A stretch of DNA of 64,000 nucleotides from the NCBI GenBank assembly GCA_010015585.1, contig ML975163.1; one strand, given 5' to 3'. Of this stretch, positions 12,799 to 23,210 are shown piece after piece (position 1 is the stretch's first letter; every line of letters begins with the position of its first letter). A program made the position numbers and the translations under genes. The notes below the pieces were generated by a model. That model was given only the letters and a program-made list of their open reading frames with translations, was not told the DNA's origin and did no database searches. This DNA is from Eremomyces bilateralis CBS 781.70 (Eukaryota).

Positions 12799-13222
12799 AC
12801 GTATTCCACAAGCGAGTGGCCCATACAAGCGAGTGGCCCAGCTCATTTTACTAGTAAATTCGATAAAATTCGATATCAATATCTCAACAACCACTGGGTA
12901 ATATAGTCTGAAAACTTAGAATTAGGTTTTCCTATCGATTTCTAGCTTATTATTAGAATCTTAGAGCTTTATCTTTTATAGTTATAAAGATATAGAGATT
13001 TGGTCTCTAAATCTTGCCAAGAAGTAGGTATCTCTATACCTGTAAAAGCTAGGGCTTTAATATTTCAATAGTAAGCTAGAAATGGCTAGGAAAACCTAAC
13101 TCTAAGTTTTCAGACTATATTATCCAGTGGTTGTTGAGATATTGATATCGAATTTTATCGAATTTACTAGTAAAATGAGCTGGGCCACTCGCTTGTATGG
13201 GCCACTCGCTTGTGGAATACGT
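12799..13222. mobile_element. 424-bp non-autonomous pogo/Fot1-type element (Vader/Tan1-like MITE) with ~155-bp inverted repeats and TA flanks
   Basis: TA|ACGTATTCCACAAGCGAGTGGCCCATACAAGCGAGTGGCCCA... and its exact reverse complement ending ...GGAATACGT|TA. First 99 bp are a perfect inverted repeat, then about 5 mismatches to ~12954/13067. Subterminal repeat ACAAGCGAGTGGCCCA x2; AT-rich non-coding core. Confidence 0.88.
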
Positions 13223-13525
13223 TATCAGTATCGTGAGGTGCGGTAGTTAAATAGCAACACTGGTAAGAAATTTGAATTCGCCCAAGCAGGCTGGCGAACT
13301 AGCAAGTATTCAGTCAAGTATTCAGTCAATGTTTACTATACCTCGAGCCTTCATAATATCGAACACTTTGTTGCTAGCAGTCTGGGACGACTGCATTCTA
13401 CTCAAGAGAACAACGGTTATGTGTGACGTAAACCGAATTTCATCCCAGCAATCCAAGTGGTGGTAGCTGAACAAAACGACAAATCGATCCCTTTTCCGTA
13501 GACTGAGCGTGGCTCAAGCACCTTT

Positions 13526-14437
13526 CTAACCACTGGATTCCATCCACTGAAAGCGTGAACTGATGCTTTTCGCAAATTCATAGACGGCGCTCGGCTTCCG
13601 ACCCATCCTCTCCCCACAGTCCGAAACTAGATGCCCAAACGCCTTCATCTGCATCAGCATCGTGTCGTCCCCATAATGCGCATTCACCGCGTCGACATCA
13701 ATGGGTCGCTTCAGATTGGTCCACCCGTCCTTCCTCCCCAACCACTCGCCGTCGTAGATCCTCTTTATATTCCAGAACGGGGGAAACATCATTCGTTTAT
13801 TCTCGAAGAAGTGGAGAAAGCGGACGAAGCCGTCGAAGCTGGGATTTCCATTGCCGCCGAGTCCGGCGTGTCGTGCCCCGGCGGGGTTTTCTTGCAGCTG
13901 CACGCGGTAGGTGTCGATGAGGAGCTTGTCGACGTCCCGGTCAGGACGGTGGTAGAGCCAGGTGCCGAAGAGGATGTGGTGGAATGGCCCTTCGATCGGC
14001 ATGAACGGCGCTTCCGCCTCGGTCGGCATGAACGGAGCTTCCGCCGTCGGCACGAACGGTGCGTCCACCTCGATCGACATGAACGGTGCGTCCGCCTCGG
14101 TCAGCTTTTCGGTGTTGGCCGAGGGACTTCCCTTCAAATAGGATAGGATGTCGGTGTCCATAATGCAGTCGATCACCGCGTCGAGACGCTGGGGGTTCAG
14201 GGTCCTAGCCGTGGAGACGGTGGAACGAAACTTAGTCGAAAGCAAAGAGGGGGCCACCAGGTCATCACTGTAGCTCGAGTATCCGTCCTCGTCACCTTCC
14301 TCGACATCTTTCGGCTCTTGTTTGCCGGGAGCATTGATTAGGCCTTTCGTGGAAAAGGTTGAGTCCCGTCCATGGAGGAATACGTCGAACTTGACGCATG
14401 TGACGCATTTGCAGCTTTGGAGGATGGGTTTTGCCAT
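13526..14437 (-). CDS. Hypothetical protein of the fungal family usually carrying an N-terminal MYND finger (finger not evident here)
   Basis: 303-aa ORF. PFHHILFGTWLYHRPDRDVDKLLIDTYR ... GFVRFL ... FPPFW ... VNAHYGDDTMLMQMKAF resembles the conserved C-terminal domain of that family as I recall it. Confidence 0.6.
   Translation of the reverse strand: MAKPILQSCKCVTCVKFDVFLHGRDSTFSTKGLINAPGKQEPKDVEEGDEDGYSSYSDDLVAPSLLSTKFRSTVSTARTLNPQRLDAVIDCIMDTDILSYLKGSPSANTEKLTEADAPFMSIEVDAPFVPTAEAPFMPTEAEAPFMPIEGPFHHILFGTWLYHRPDRDVDKLLIDTYRVQLQENPAGARHAGLGGNGNPSFDGFVRFLHFFENKRMMFPPFWNIKRIYDGEWLGRKDGWTNLKRPIDVDAVNAHYGDDTMLMQMKAFGHLVSDCGERMGRKPSAVYEFAKSISSRFQWMESSG
13992..14100. repeat. Coding minisatellite, 4 units of 24-27 bp
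   Basis: TCGATCGGCATGAACGGCGCTTCCGCC-like units; on the - strand they encode EADAPFMSI/EVDAPFVPT/AEAPFMPT/EAEAPFMPI. Confidence 0.85.
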
Positions 14438-15076
14438 AGCCGTGGAGCTAGGAATGGTCAGCTTTCAGTCTGTTTGAAAAGAACAGAGAGCGTGTTCATG
14501 TTAGAAAATGAGAACTATGCTAGGACTACGGGAAAACACACCTGTTTACCGTGTCGATGGCTGTGATCTCTTGCAGGAAAGGATGTGATCTTCAGGAATC
14601 AGCTAGAGGCCTTCTATGCCCTCCTCATGACATGCAAGCAATAAGCGCAAGGGCTATCATAACAAGAAGTAGCAGGGACGGAGCTGTGTGAGTACGAGGA
14701 ATGATAACTGAATCTAGGCAATTCCCTAGATTCACTATGTTGATCAGACTACAGCTCGATCGTGAATTTGCCGCCGTTGACAACTGCACAAGTCATCCAA
14801 ACAGAGAGACGCAGCCGTGCGAACAGCCCTTCGTTCATCCAACTAGTATCGAGAAGGTCTATCTAACCATTCCATCCACATGACAGTGAGATCCACACGC
14901 AACATAAGTAGCCATAACAGAGCCAATCGTCATCTTTCAGAAAATAAATGCCAGCAAATGAGTCCAATCTTCGTGATATGCCAAACATGCACCAATGCAC
15001 CCGAACATCTCCAAGGCACTATCTAAACACCCATCATGATATGTCCGTGACACAAACAAATTCTCCCTCATATAAC

Positions 15077-17751
15077 TCAGAACTTCTCCATCAGATTCTT
15101 CCTCACCGTCCACATGCGCATCCGCTTCCCGTAGATGAACATAGGGATGGTCGCGAGGCAGCAACCCAGCTGGATGACGCCGCAAGCAATGAAGACGATC
15201 TTCGCCCCGTCGGATTCAAGCCAGCTGGTGAAGAAGAGGGAGAAGATGAGGCCGTGGAAGATGTCTGGATCGGAGACATGTCAGCATGCCATGCGTTTCG
15301 GTCAATTTCCAGGAAGGGACAGGATGGACTCACTCTTGCTAAAGTTCAACGTCACCAGCGCTTCCCCCGCATATTGCCGATAACTATCCACCGCGAACGT
15401 GATCGCCGTCGTGCTCCCAAGATTACACCCGAAGCTGATTGCGCCGAAGAAAATCGTGGGCACGATCCAATTGTTCCGCTCCTCCGCGCTCCACCCGAAC
15501 CCCATCAACCCGATCGTCGTAAACACCGCCACCGGCGCCGCCATCACCAACCGGAACTCCGGCTCATACACTCCGTCGTTCCGCTTCGTGAACCGCAGTA
15601 CGATCCAGTCCGACACCTTCCCCGCGACCGCGGTCCCCAAGATCCCGCCGACGAACGGCGAGAGGTATATGAGGCCGGTCTGCAGGGCGGTGAAGTTGTA
15701 GGAGTGCGAGTTCTGGTAGATGTGCGCGACCGACTCGGAGAGGACGATCAGCCACCCGACCGACAGGCTGTAGATGACGGCGCTCCAGAGAATGGCCGGG
15801 TAGGCGAACAGGATGAGGGGGCGGATGGCTGCGCGGGGCCAGGAGGCACCCGAGAGGCGGCCCGGCCAAGGGGAGAGGGTCTGCCAGTAGGTTTTGGCAG
15901 GGGCAGAGCGCCGGCTGTGGGTCCAGGCGGCTCCGGGGGTGGGTGGTTGGGAGCCGGGGACGGAGGGGATGTCGCTGGTCGGTAGGTGGGGGGGGGGGGG
16001 GGTGGGGGTTTGCGGTGGTTGCCACTGGGGAACCAGCGGGCACAGAAGGAGAAAGGGTGTTGTCTTGGGGTTGCTGCGGGTGAGAGCGAGGGGACTTCAG
16101 ACTGGACCTTAATGGGGCAAGGAGCGATCTGGAGATCCGGCCCCCTTCTTTGTTTCCACTGACAGTGGGCTCAGATTTAGGTGCATGTCCACCGGCTTTG
16201 GGCTCCTCTCCTGCCTCCTTTCCCGTGCTGAAATAGTCCGTTGGTTCGGACGCTTTCTGAGCATAGTATGGGCTGTTCAGATTCCGCAAATCTGGGGTCC
16301 CCGGGGGCATGTTATGCGGCTGCGCATCAACCTCCCAACCAGGCGGATGGGACCAAGGAGGCGAGCTGATCGCAACGGGGGTCGCCGCCGAGATTGGTCC
16401 CGATTCTTCGGCGTTGCCATCAGAATTTCCCGTAGATTCGGCCGTTGCGGGCGAGATACGCAATTCGGGCTGCGATGGCGTTGCGGGCTCTGCCTCTGAA
16501 TCTTTGCGAGTTTCATCCCCCACCCCCTCGGCAAACCCGACCCGATTTTCCGTTTTGTCTCCCGCCTTATCCATGGTCACTGCTCCATCTTTCTCGTGCG
16601 TTCCATCGATTTCTCCAACCGCAGTCTTCAGCCGATGTTCACTGAGATGACTCGGGCGGCGATCGATACCAGGTCTGAAGAAACTCTGTGCCCTTGATAT
16701 GAGACGCAGACTCTTGTGCGCATGGGGCGTGCGATCCCAAAAGGTTTCTGGCAGGAAGAAGAATAGCAGGAAAAAGCAGCCGCCGACAACCATGGCGACG
16801 ACCCAGAAGACCCAGCGCCATCCCTTCGCTTGGATGATGGCCGCGGACACCAGCGGCACGATGTTCTTGCCACCTAGCAGAAGCATAGAGTAGATTCCGA
16901 GTCGGTACGCACGCTCATGTAGGAAGAAGATCTCAGCGATGGTGGCGCTGGGAAGGCATTCTACTGGGCTGATGGCGATGCCCTGGAAGATCCTCCCGAC
17001 TAGCAACGAGATGTATGAATTTGCCAGAGCACACCAAATGCTTGTGCCTACGAACAGTAGCGAGGTAATGAGATAAACGGGTCGTTTTCCGAACAAGATG
17101 GCCGTCGGACTCATGATGACTCCGCCGACGCCCATGCCCATCATGTATAGGCCGGTCGTGAGAGCCACCTGCGGCACGGTGACATCGAATGTCTCGGCTA
17201 CATCGTTGAAGCCTGCTGCTAGGACCGGTGTCATTCCCCCACCAATCATACAATAAAAGCCCAGGAAAACCAGGGCAGCATCTCGACGGAGGGATGACCA
17301 ATTCAATGGATCGTTAGGTGATTCGGACGGTTGTGGATCCAAGATGATTTTCCCATCTGCCGTCTTCTTTGTGGGCTCTCGGGGTGGACCAGTTCGGATT
17401 GACGACGGTAACGATGACACGGAGGTTCTTGCGGGGATATTTTGAAGGCCGAGGGGTTGGTTTTGGGTTTCTTTTGACAGAAGAATCACGGATCCTGGAA
17501 CAATATCCAAGTTAGCTTATTGATTAAGAGATGGAGGAGTATATGAACTTGCCTGGAACTTCGTCGGTCTCCTTGTCATTCAGCACCCCAAAGCTCCACT
17601 TGGGCGGCCGTCTCTTCCCCGGCTCTATATCTGACGTCGATATCTCGGAGCTTCCTGCGGCTCCATTTCCAGGGGTATTCGTCGTTTTCTCGTTCGTGTC
17701 TTCACCCGCCTGTGAGGCAGATTTGCCGAATGGGCGTGGCCATTTTGGCAT
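15077..17751 (-). CDS. MFS transporter (HOL1/DHA1-like) with large central loop; introns 17552-17495 (GC-AG) and 15333-15265; apparent frameshift at G15 run 15988-16002
   Basis: PQPSESPNDPLNWS, AILFGKRPVYL, AEIFFLHERAYRLG, GWRW, PETFW in the N-half. C-half (KTYWQTLSPW...YPAILWSAVIY...YEPEFRL...DSYRQYAGE...YGKRMRMWT) is in another frame downstream of the homopolymer. Confidence 0.88.
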
Positions 17752-19849
17752 GATATGCCTCGTTCTAATCAACGACTCTCTACCGTCTTTTCTGGTCTAT
17801 CCAAGTGGCAAACGAGACAGTATGGCAACGAGGAGTCCGTGATGGAACACATACGAGAACGAGGAGCGAAAGAAGGCTCGAGAGGGTCTATTGTTTCTAT
17901 CATGGCGATGTTCAGTTTTTATCAATGGATCCAAGAACTACAGGAGCATGAGCGGCTGATCAGAAAGCGGTAAGATCAAGGTCATGCGCAGGACCCTTGA
18001 TTCGGGGATGATGTCGATGGAACCGGAGATCTCACGGAGATTTGCCCCACGACGGTTTCTCAAAAGCGTCCGAGAGCAGAGTACATATCGGACTTACGGG
18101 CGGAATGTGGATGCCTGCTGTGTGGCTGAAAGGATATCTTGGCTGGGTCGGGTGCTCGTCCTGTTCATCCAGTCGGAGCGGACGGAAGAAGGCTTGGGTT
18201 AAGGTGTGCAAACCAGGAGATGTCTCATGAGTCGTAGGCCAAAGAAAAGCATCCGGAAGGCTGGTGTTAGATGATCAAGAACAAAGATATGTTAGGGATA
18301 AATGCCAGACCAGAGGCGGATCAGAAGGAGTAGGGAGTGGCAAGTCATAACTCATATCAGCTGGAGACGCGATTAGCGATGGGACCATCCCCGGGTTGGA
18401 GCACTAGGAAGATAGGAAACAAAGATGTGGATTTGTGGGGAAGCTGTGTGCCCTTGATGGTTGATCAAGGCATATGGGTTGCATTAGACACGGACGACGA
18501 AGATAGCGGGACGGGATTCTTCGACGGAATCCAGGAATATCCCATACTGGAGGCAAACTAAGGGACAATGGATATTGATGGATGACACCGGGAATTTTCC
18601 ATCAACAGCTAGATGGACAAGATGTCGCGTCATCATGCAGATGCCGGGGAGGCTGGGGGCAATGTTAATGACCACGTGCTACAGAAGGATTACGTCTGAA
18701 TGGGGGGTTGGGGAATCTAGTACTTGTGACTCTGTATTACCCTTAAGCGATACAGAGTTAGCTACCATCAATCATCAAAGCCTTCAAGTTGAAGTCCCAG
18801 CCAATTTCCCCCTCATCGCGATCTGTTCCGTCTGCAGATTTGTCGGGAGTTTCGTCGTCCGACCGCCTCTATCTCGTCCTCTGCTCCACATTTCGTTGCT
18901 GCTCGGAATCGATAGCAAACGCAGCACCCTGTCCTTCGCACGAGAATCTGGACGGTAATTACTACATGTAGCACATGGACGGCCTACAGATGATAACGTG
19001 CATGGTCACACACCCGATCTTGGTTGAAACAATGTCGCTGTGCATGACGATGTGCATAGCTCGATCTCCAAAGCGGAGATCCTAGCGGGGATGGCGGCGC
19101 ATGACCGCTCCTCGACTTCCTATCAAAGGAACAATGGGAGAACGGGCCACATTAACGGTGAATCTAGGGAACTGACCGGTATCGGGGGCAGTAGTTGGAG
19201 CCCTCAGTGGTATTATCGTGGTAGCATGATAATTGTTTGTTCGAGGACCCTAGTCATCCTATGGATCGAGGGGTAGTTTCGGTCAGGTTGCTATAGCAGT
19301 ATATCGCGGGGAACACGGGGAGGGGAGATAGGTGGGGAGTTGCACTCCAGCGTGTTATTCGGGATACATGTAGCGGCCGATACAGTACGGAGCATATGGA
19401 TACCAGTGCTATAGTGGCCAGCTAGGGAACCATTGGAGATCTCTCCAGATAGGAGATTTGTCTATAGGACCATTATGAAGAATAGTACCCACTGCTCCAG
19501 TTGAGTGTCGAGTTCCATTGCCATACAAGCTACCAATTGATGAACCGTGTACCTGTACATGGGAGCTTTCTAGCTCACCAGAACTCCGCAGATAAAGATG
19601 CTGACAGCCGAGGGAAGTACATGTAGCTTACACAACTGTACCGCTTTGCTTCCATAAGAGTGAGACATTCGATTATTCAACGACAGGGAACGAAGTTCAT
19701 GTTGAACGGGTGTCAAATCCCGTCATACTTGTCCACGGAACGACGCGCAATTGCGTTTGCTTAAAACAATTCGGACTTCCTCCCTTTCGAACAGCAGAAG
19801 AGAACGGTTGCTGGACTCTTAGACATAGCAAGGGCGAGAGAAACCCAAG

Positions 19850-20942
19850 ATGGGATACGATTTGAAAGGCCGGAATGTTCTGATTACGGGAGGATCAAGG
19901 TACCATGCCCTTTTCAATCCAGTTCGATGACCCGATGGTACCGTACCGAATGGAGACACGGATTGACGATTGCCCAGGGGACTGGGCGCAATCATCGCTC
20001 TCAAATTCGCTGCCGAGGGTTGCAATGTCTGCATCAACTACGTGAGCAACAAAGAGGCGGCGGAGGGAGTTCAGAAGGGCATCCAGAGCAAGTACAGCGA
20101 TATTAAGACGAGTATCATTCAGGGGGTAAGAGAACCGTCCATCGAAATCCAGACAGCGGTATCAAGCCGTCTATTGTTTCGGGACTATATTGAACATTCA
20201 CTAAGTTCCATCTGCTTTAATTAGGACTGTGGGGATCCCTCCGCCTGCGCCGCCTGCGTCGAGCACACCGTATCGACCTTCGGCGGCATCGACATCATCA
20301 TCGGCAACGCGGGCTGGACGAAGATTTCCGACTGGACCGATCTGGATTCCCTCAGCTTCGACGACTGGGACAAGGTGCGTGCTCCCAACACCGGACCAAT
20401 AGTTTCTCGGACGCCGTCCGCTTGCTCCGAACCCCCTGACTAACTTGGTGCCAGTGCTGGAACGTCAACGTCAAGGGCAAACTGGCCCTGATGAAAGCGG
20501 CGAAACCACACTTCAACGCCAACCCTGATGGCGGCTCGTTCATTATCACCAGCTCCATTGCGGTACGTCTTCGCCCCGTGACCGTTCCATCGCTGGAACA
20601 TTCCAGCCCTTTCACCCACATGCTGACCACTCGCAGGGCATCAAGGCCAGCGGGTCCAGCATGGCATACAGCGTCACCAAGACCGCGCAAATGCACCTGA
20701 TGCTCTGCCTCGCGAAGACGCAGGGCCCAAAGATCCGCGTCAACGCCGTGTGCCCTGGCCTGCTCCTGACGGACTGGGGGATGCGGTTCGGCGAGGAACG
20801 GTTGAAGGCGGTCAAGTCACACGCAGTGCTGAAGAGCGAGACCGATCTGGACGAGTGCGCGGAATGCTTCGTGGACATCGCGAAGAAAAAGACGATGACG
20901 GGGAGGAGCATCGTTATCGATGCAGGGGCATCGATCGCATAG
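19850..20942 (+). CDS. Short-chain dehydrogenase/reductase; exons 19850-19899, 19978-20125, 20225-20374, 20455-20562, 20637-20942
   Basis: VLITGGSRGLG, GGIDIIIGNAG, ITSSIAG, YSVTK (YxxxK), IRVNAVCPG, MTGRSIVIDAG. Four GT-AG introns keep the frame. Confidence 0.92.
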
Positions 20943-21037
20943 GCGGCCGTGGATTTGCGCTAGGGTCGGACGGTGTCGGCAGCATCGTAGTCGGATGAAT
21001 GAACACAACTGTATGCGCCTCAGATCGGCCCGCAGTT

Positions 21038-22406
21038 TTATCCTTCGTCTTCCTCTCCCGCTTCTTCTGTCTGCTCCAATCCTCGCATGCATTCCTCCGC
21101 TTCTTTCGGACTCGTGATGCCCCAGACGCCTCCGCCCTTCCCGGCGCCTTTCATACCAACCTCCTTGCCCACGAGGTTCCTCCCAACCTTGCCCGGCCCC
21201 ACGCCAATCCATCGCCGAACTTTCTCCTCGCGGTCTAAGTACCGCACGCTCTCCCACCACTGCACCGTCTCGACGCATTGTCGAGCCAGCAAATCTTCCA
21301 CGTCCGCTTTGCTCCGGAACGGTTGCGCCGTGATGTTGCTAATGGCGATCAAATCGCCCGGGAAGGCCACCATATCCCCACCCGTCACGCAACTTTTCTC
21401 GCTCAGCAGCTTCCGCACCGACTTCTCCGCCGGCGCCATCATGGGGCTGTGAAACGGACTATCACTCTTCAACCGCACCGCCCGCGGATCATGTCCACCA
21501 AACTGCCTCAAATTCGTCAATAGCGCCCGAATCCGCTCGATCGTCCCGCTCAGCACGATTTGATTCCGGCTGTTGACGTTCGCAATTAACACCTGCTGCA
21601 CCGGCGCCAGGTCCTCCGCACTGTCCGATTTCCCTTGCCCCGCCGTCACGAACTCCGTGATGTCGCGGATCAGATCCTTCATCCGCCCTTCGTCCTCGCA
21701 CACCAGTGCCACCATGCCCACGTCGCCGGCGACCTTTCGCGCCTCAACCGAGCACGCTGCCATCGCCTCGCCGCGCGCCCGCACCATCTTCACCGCGTCC
21801 GCGTACGCCAGGTATCCGCCGGCGACCAGGGCGGCGAACTCACCGAGCGAGTGGCCGAGGGTGAAGTCGACGCGGCCGGGGAGGTCGAGGCCGAACTCCT
21901 GTTGCAGGATGCGGAGGATGAGGACGGAGGTGGCCATGATGGCGGGCTGGGAGTTGGCGGTGGCGGTGAGGGTAGCGTTGGAGCCGGATTGGATGATGGA
22001 GGTGAGAGAGGGGGTCATGGGGAGGAGGGCGTCGAGCTCGTCGAGGAAGGGTTGGGCGGTGCGAGGGAAGGTGGAGAGCCAGGGTTGGAGCATGCCGACG
22101 CGTTGGACACCTTGGCCTGGATGGAGGGTGTTAGCAAGTGGTGGAGGAAGGGAAGATGTTAAGGAGCACGAAGTGAAGCTAGAGAAATGGATGTTTACCA
22201 GGAAAGAAGATTGCTGTCCGCGGGCGTTTCTTGCTCGACGCTTTGGTTTCCACGGTAGAATTACTGCTCCACCTTAACTGCCCTCTCCTCTGCTGCTTCT
22301 TCCAGCACCATTGGCACTGCTGTGATCGGAAACTTGCCGCTGCTCGGTCGTGCACTTGGAGAGGCACCGGCACCCTCCCTAGCCGACGGCAGTTAGGGAA
22401 TGACAT
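21038..22406 (-). CDS. MCT1: Malonyl-CoA:ACP transacylase, probably mitochondrial (FabD family); intron 22198-22117
   Basis: Basic N-terminal presequence; AIFFP|GQGVQRVGM, LTATANSQPAI, GHSLGEF catalytic motif, ANVNSRNQIVLSG, SPFHSPMM, VQWWES, GVGPGKV. Confidence 0.9.
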
Positions 22407-23210
22407 GCTTGCCGCTCTAGAATCGATTAGAGCAACGAGGTTCGGAACGCGTTGGCCCCCAGCATAGGAGCTAGCGAGGAACAGAAACCATCTGTTGAAG
22501 ATGAAGCACGAAGGCTGTGTGAGGGATGATATATCGAAGGGTTCGGAATGGAATGCGGAGGAGAGGATCAACTCGGGTTGGGGATGGACCCCGTACCGTA
22601 CCATCACTAATACTGTAGATACGACTGACGATAGCAACCCAAGACGTCACCGGAATATATCCTCGTGACTCGGTACTTCCGTTTCCCCTCCAATGGCCGC
22701 CATTAGCCGATCACGGTGAATGTAATGAATGTCTATAACAGAATAAATAATATTATCCGGCGGCGAAACGTTGAGAGTTGGAGTGTGGAACATCTTCTAA
22801 TATTGCTTCCTAGGCTTGTTAGGGGACGATGTGAATCGCATTCAATAGCGCCAGGATCCGTAGCGGAGCTACTCGTGCCCTCAACCCTAGGGAATCAAAG
22901 CGAGTAAGGTGATATAAAAAACGCCATAAAATGCAAAATGCTGTCCGATTGGGACCCAAAAGACATAAGCCGTCATCGCCGTTTCCCGCTCCTAGATGCA
23001 TGCATCAGACCCGTTCTAGTCCGCTGCCAACCATCCTTGCGTGTGTGCATGATAACAAACCCATCCAAGTATTAACCGTGTTCCCCCGACCATGAAAATG
23101 CAAGATGCCAACCCAGTTGGAGAGAAAAAACCCCCAAGAAAAAACTAGATCCCAGCCGAGGTGGCTGGTGTGGTATGAAAGGAGAATCAGCGACATATGC
23201 CTCGGGCGGA

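Noticed and set aside
14948..15985. 345-aa plus-strand ORF
   Set aside because: Antisense to the GC3-rich MFS C-terminal half. The same applies to other long antisense ORFs over MCT1, the ankyrin gene, GH7 and the CTL gene.
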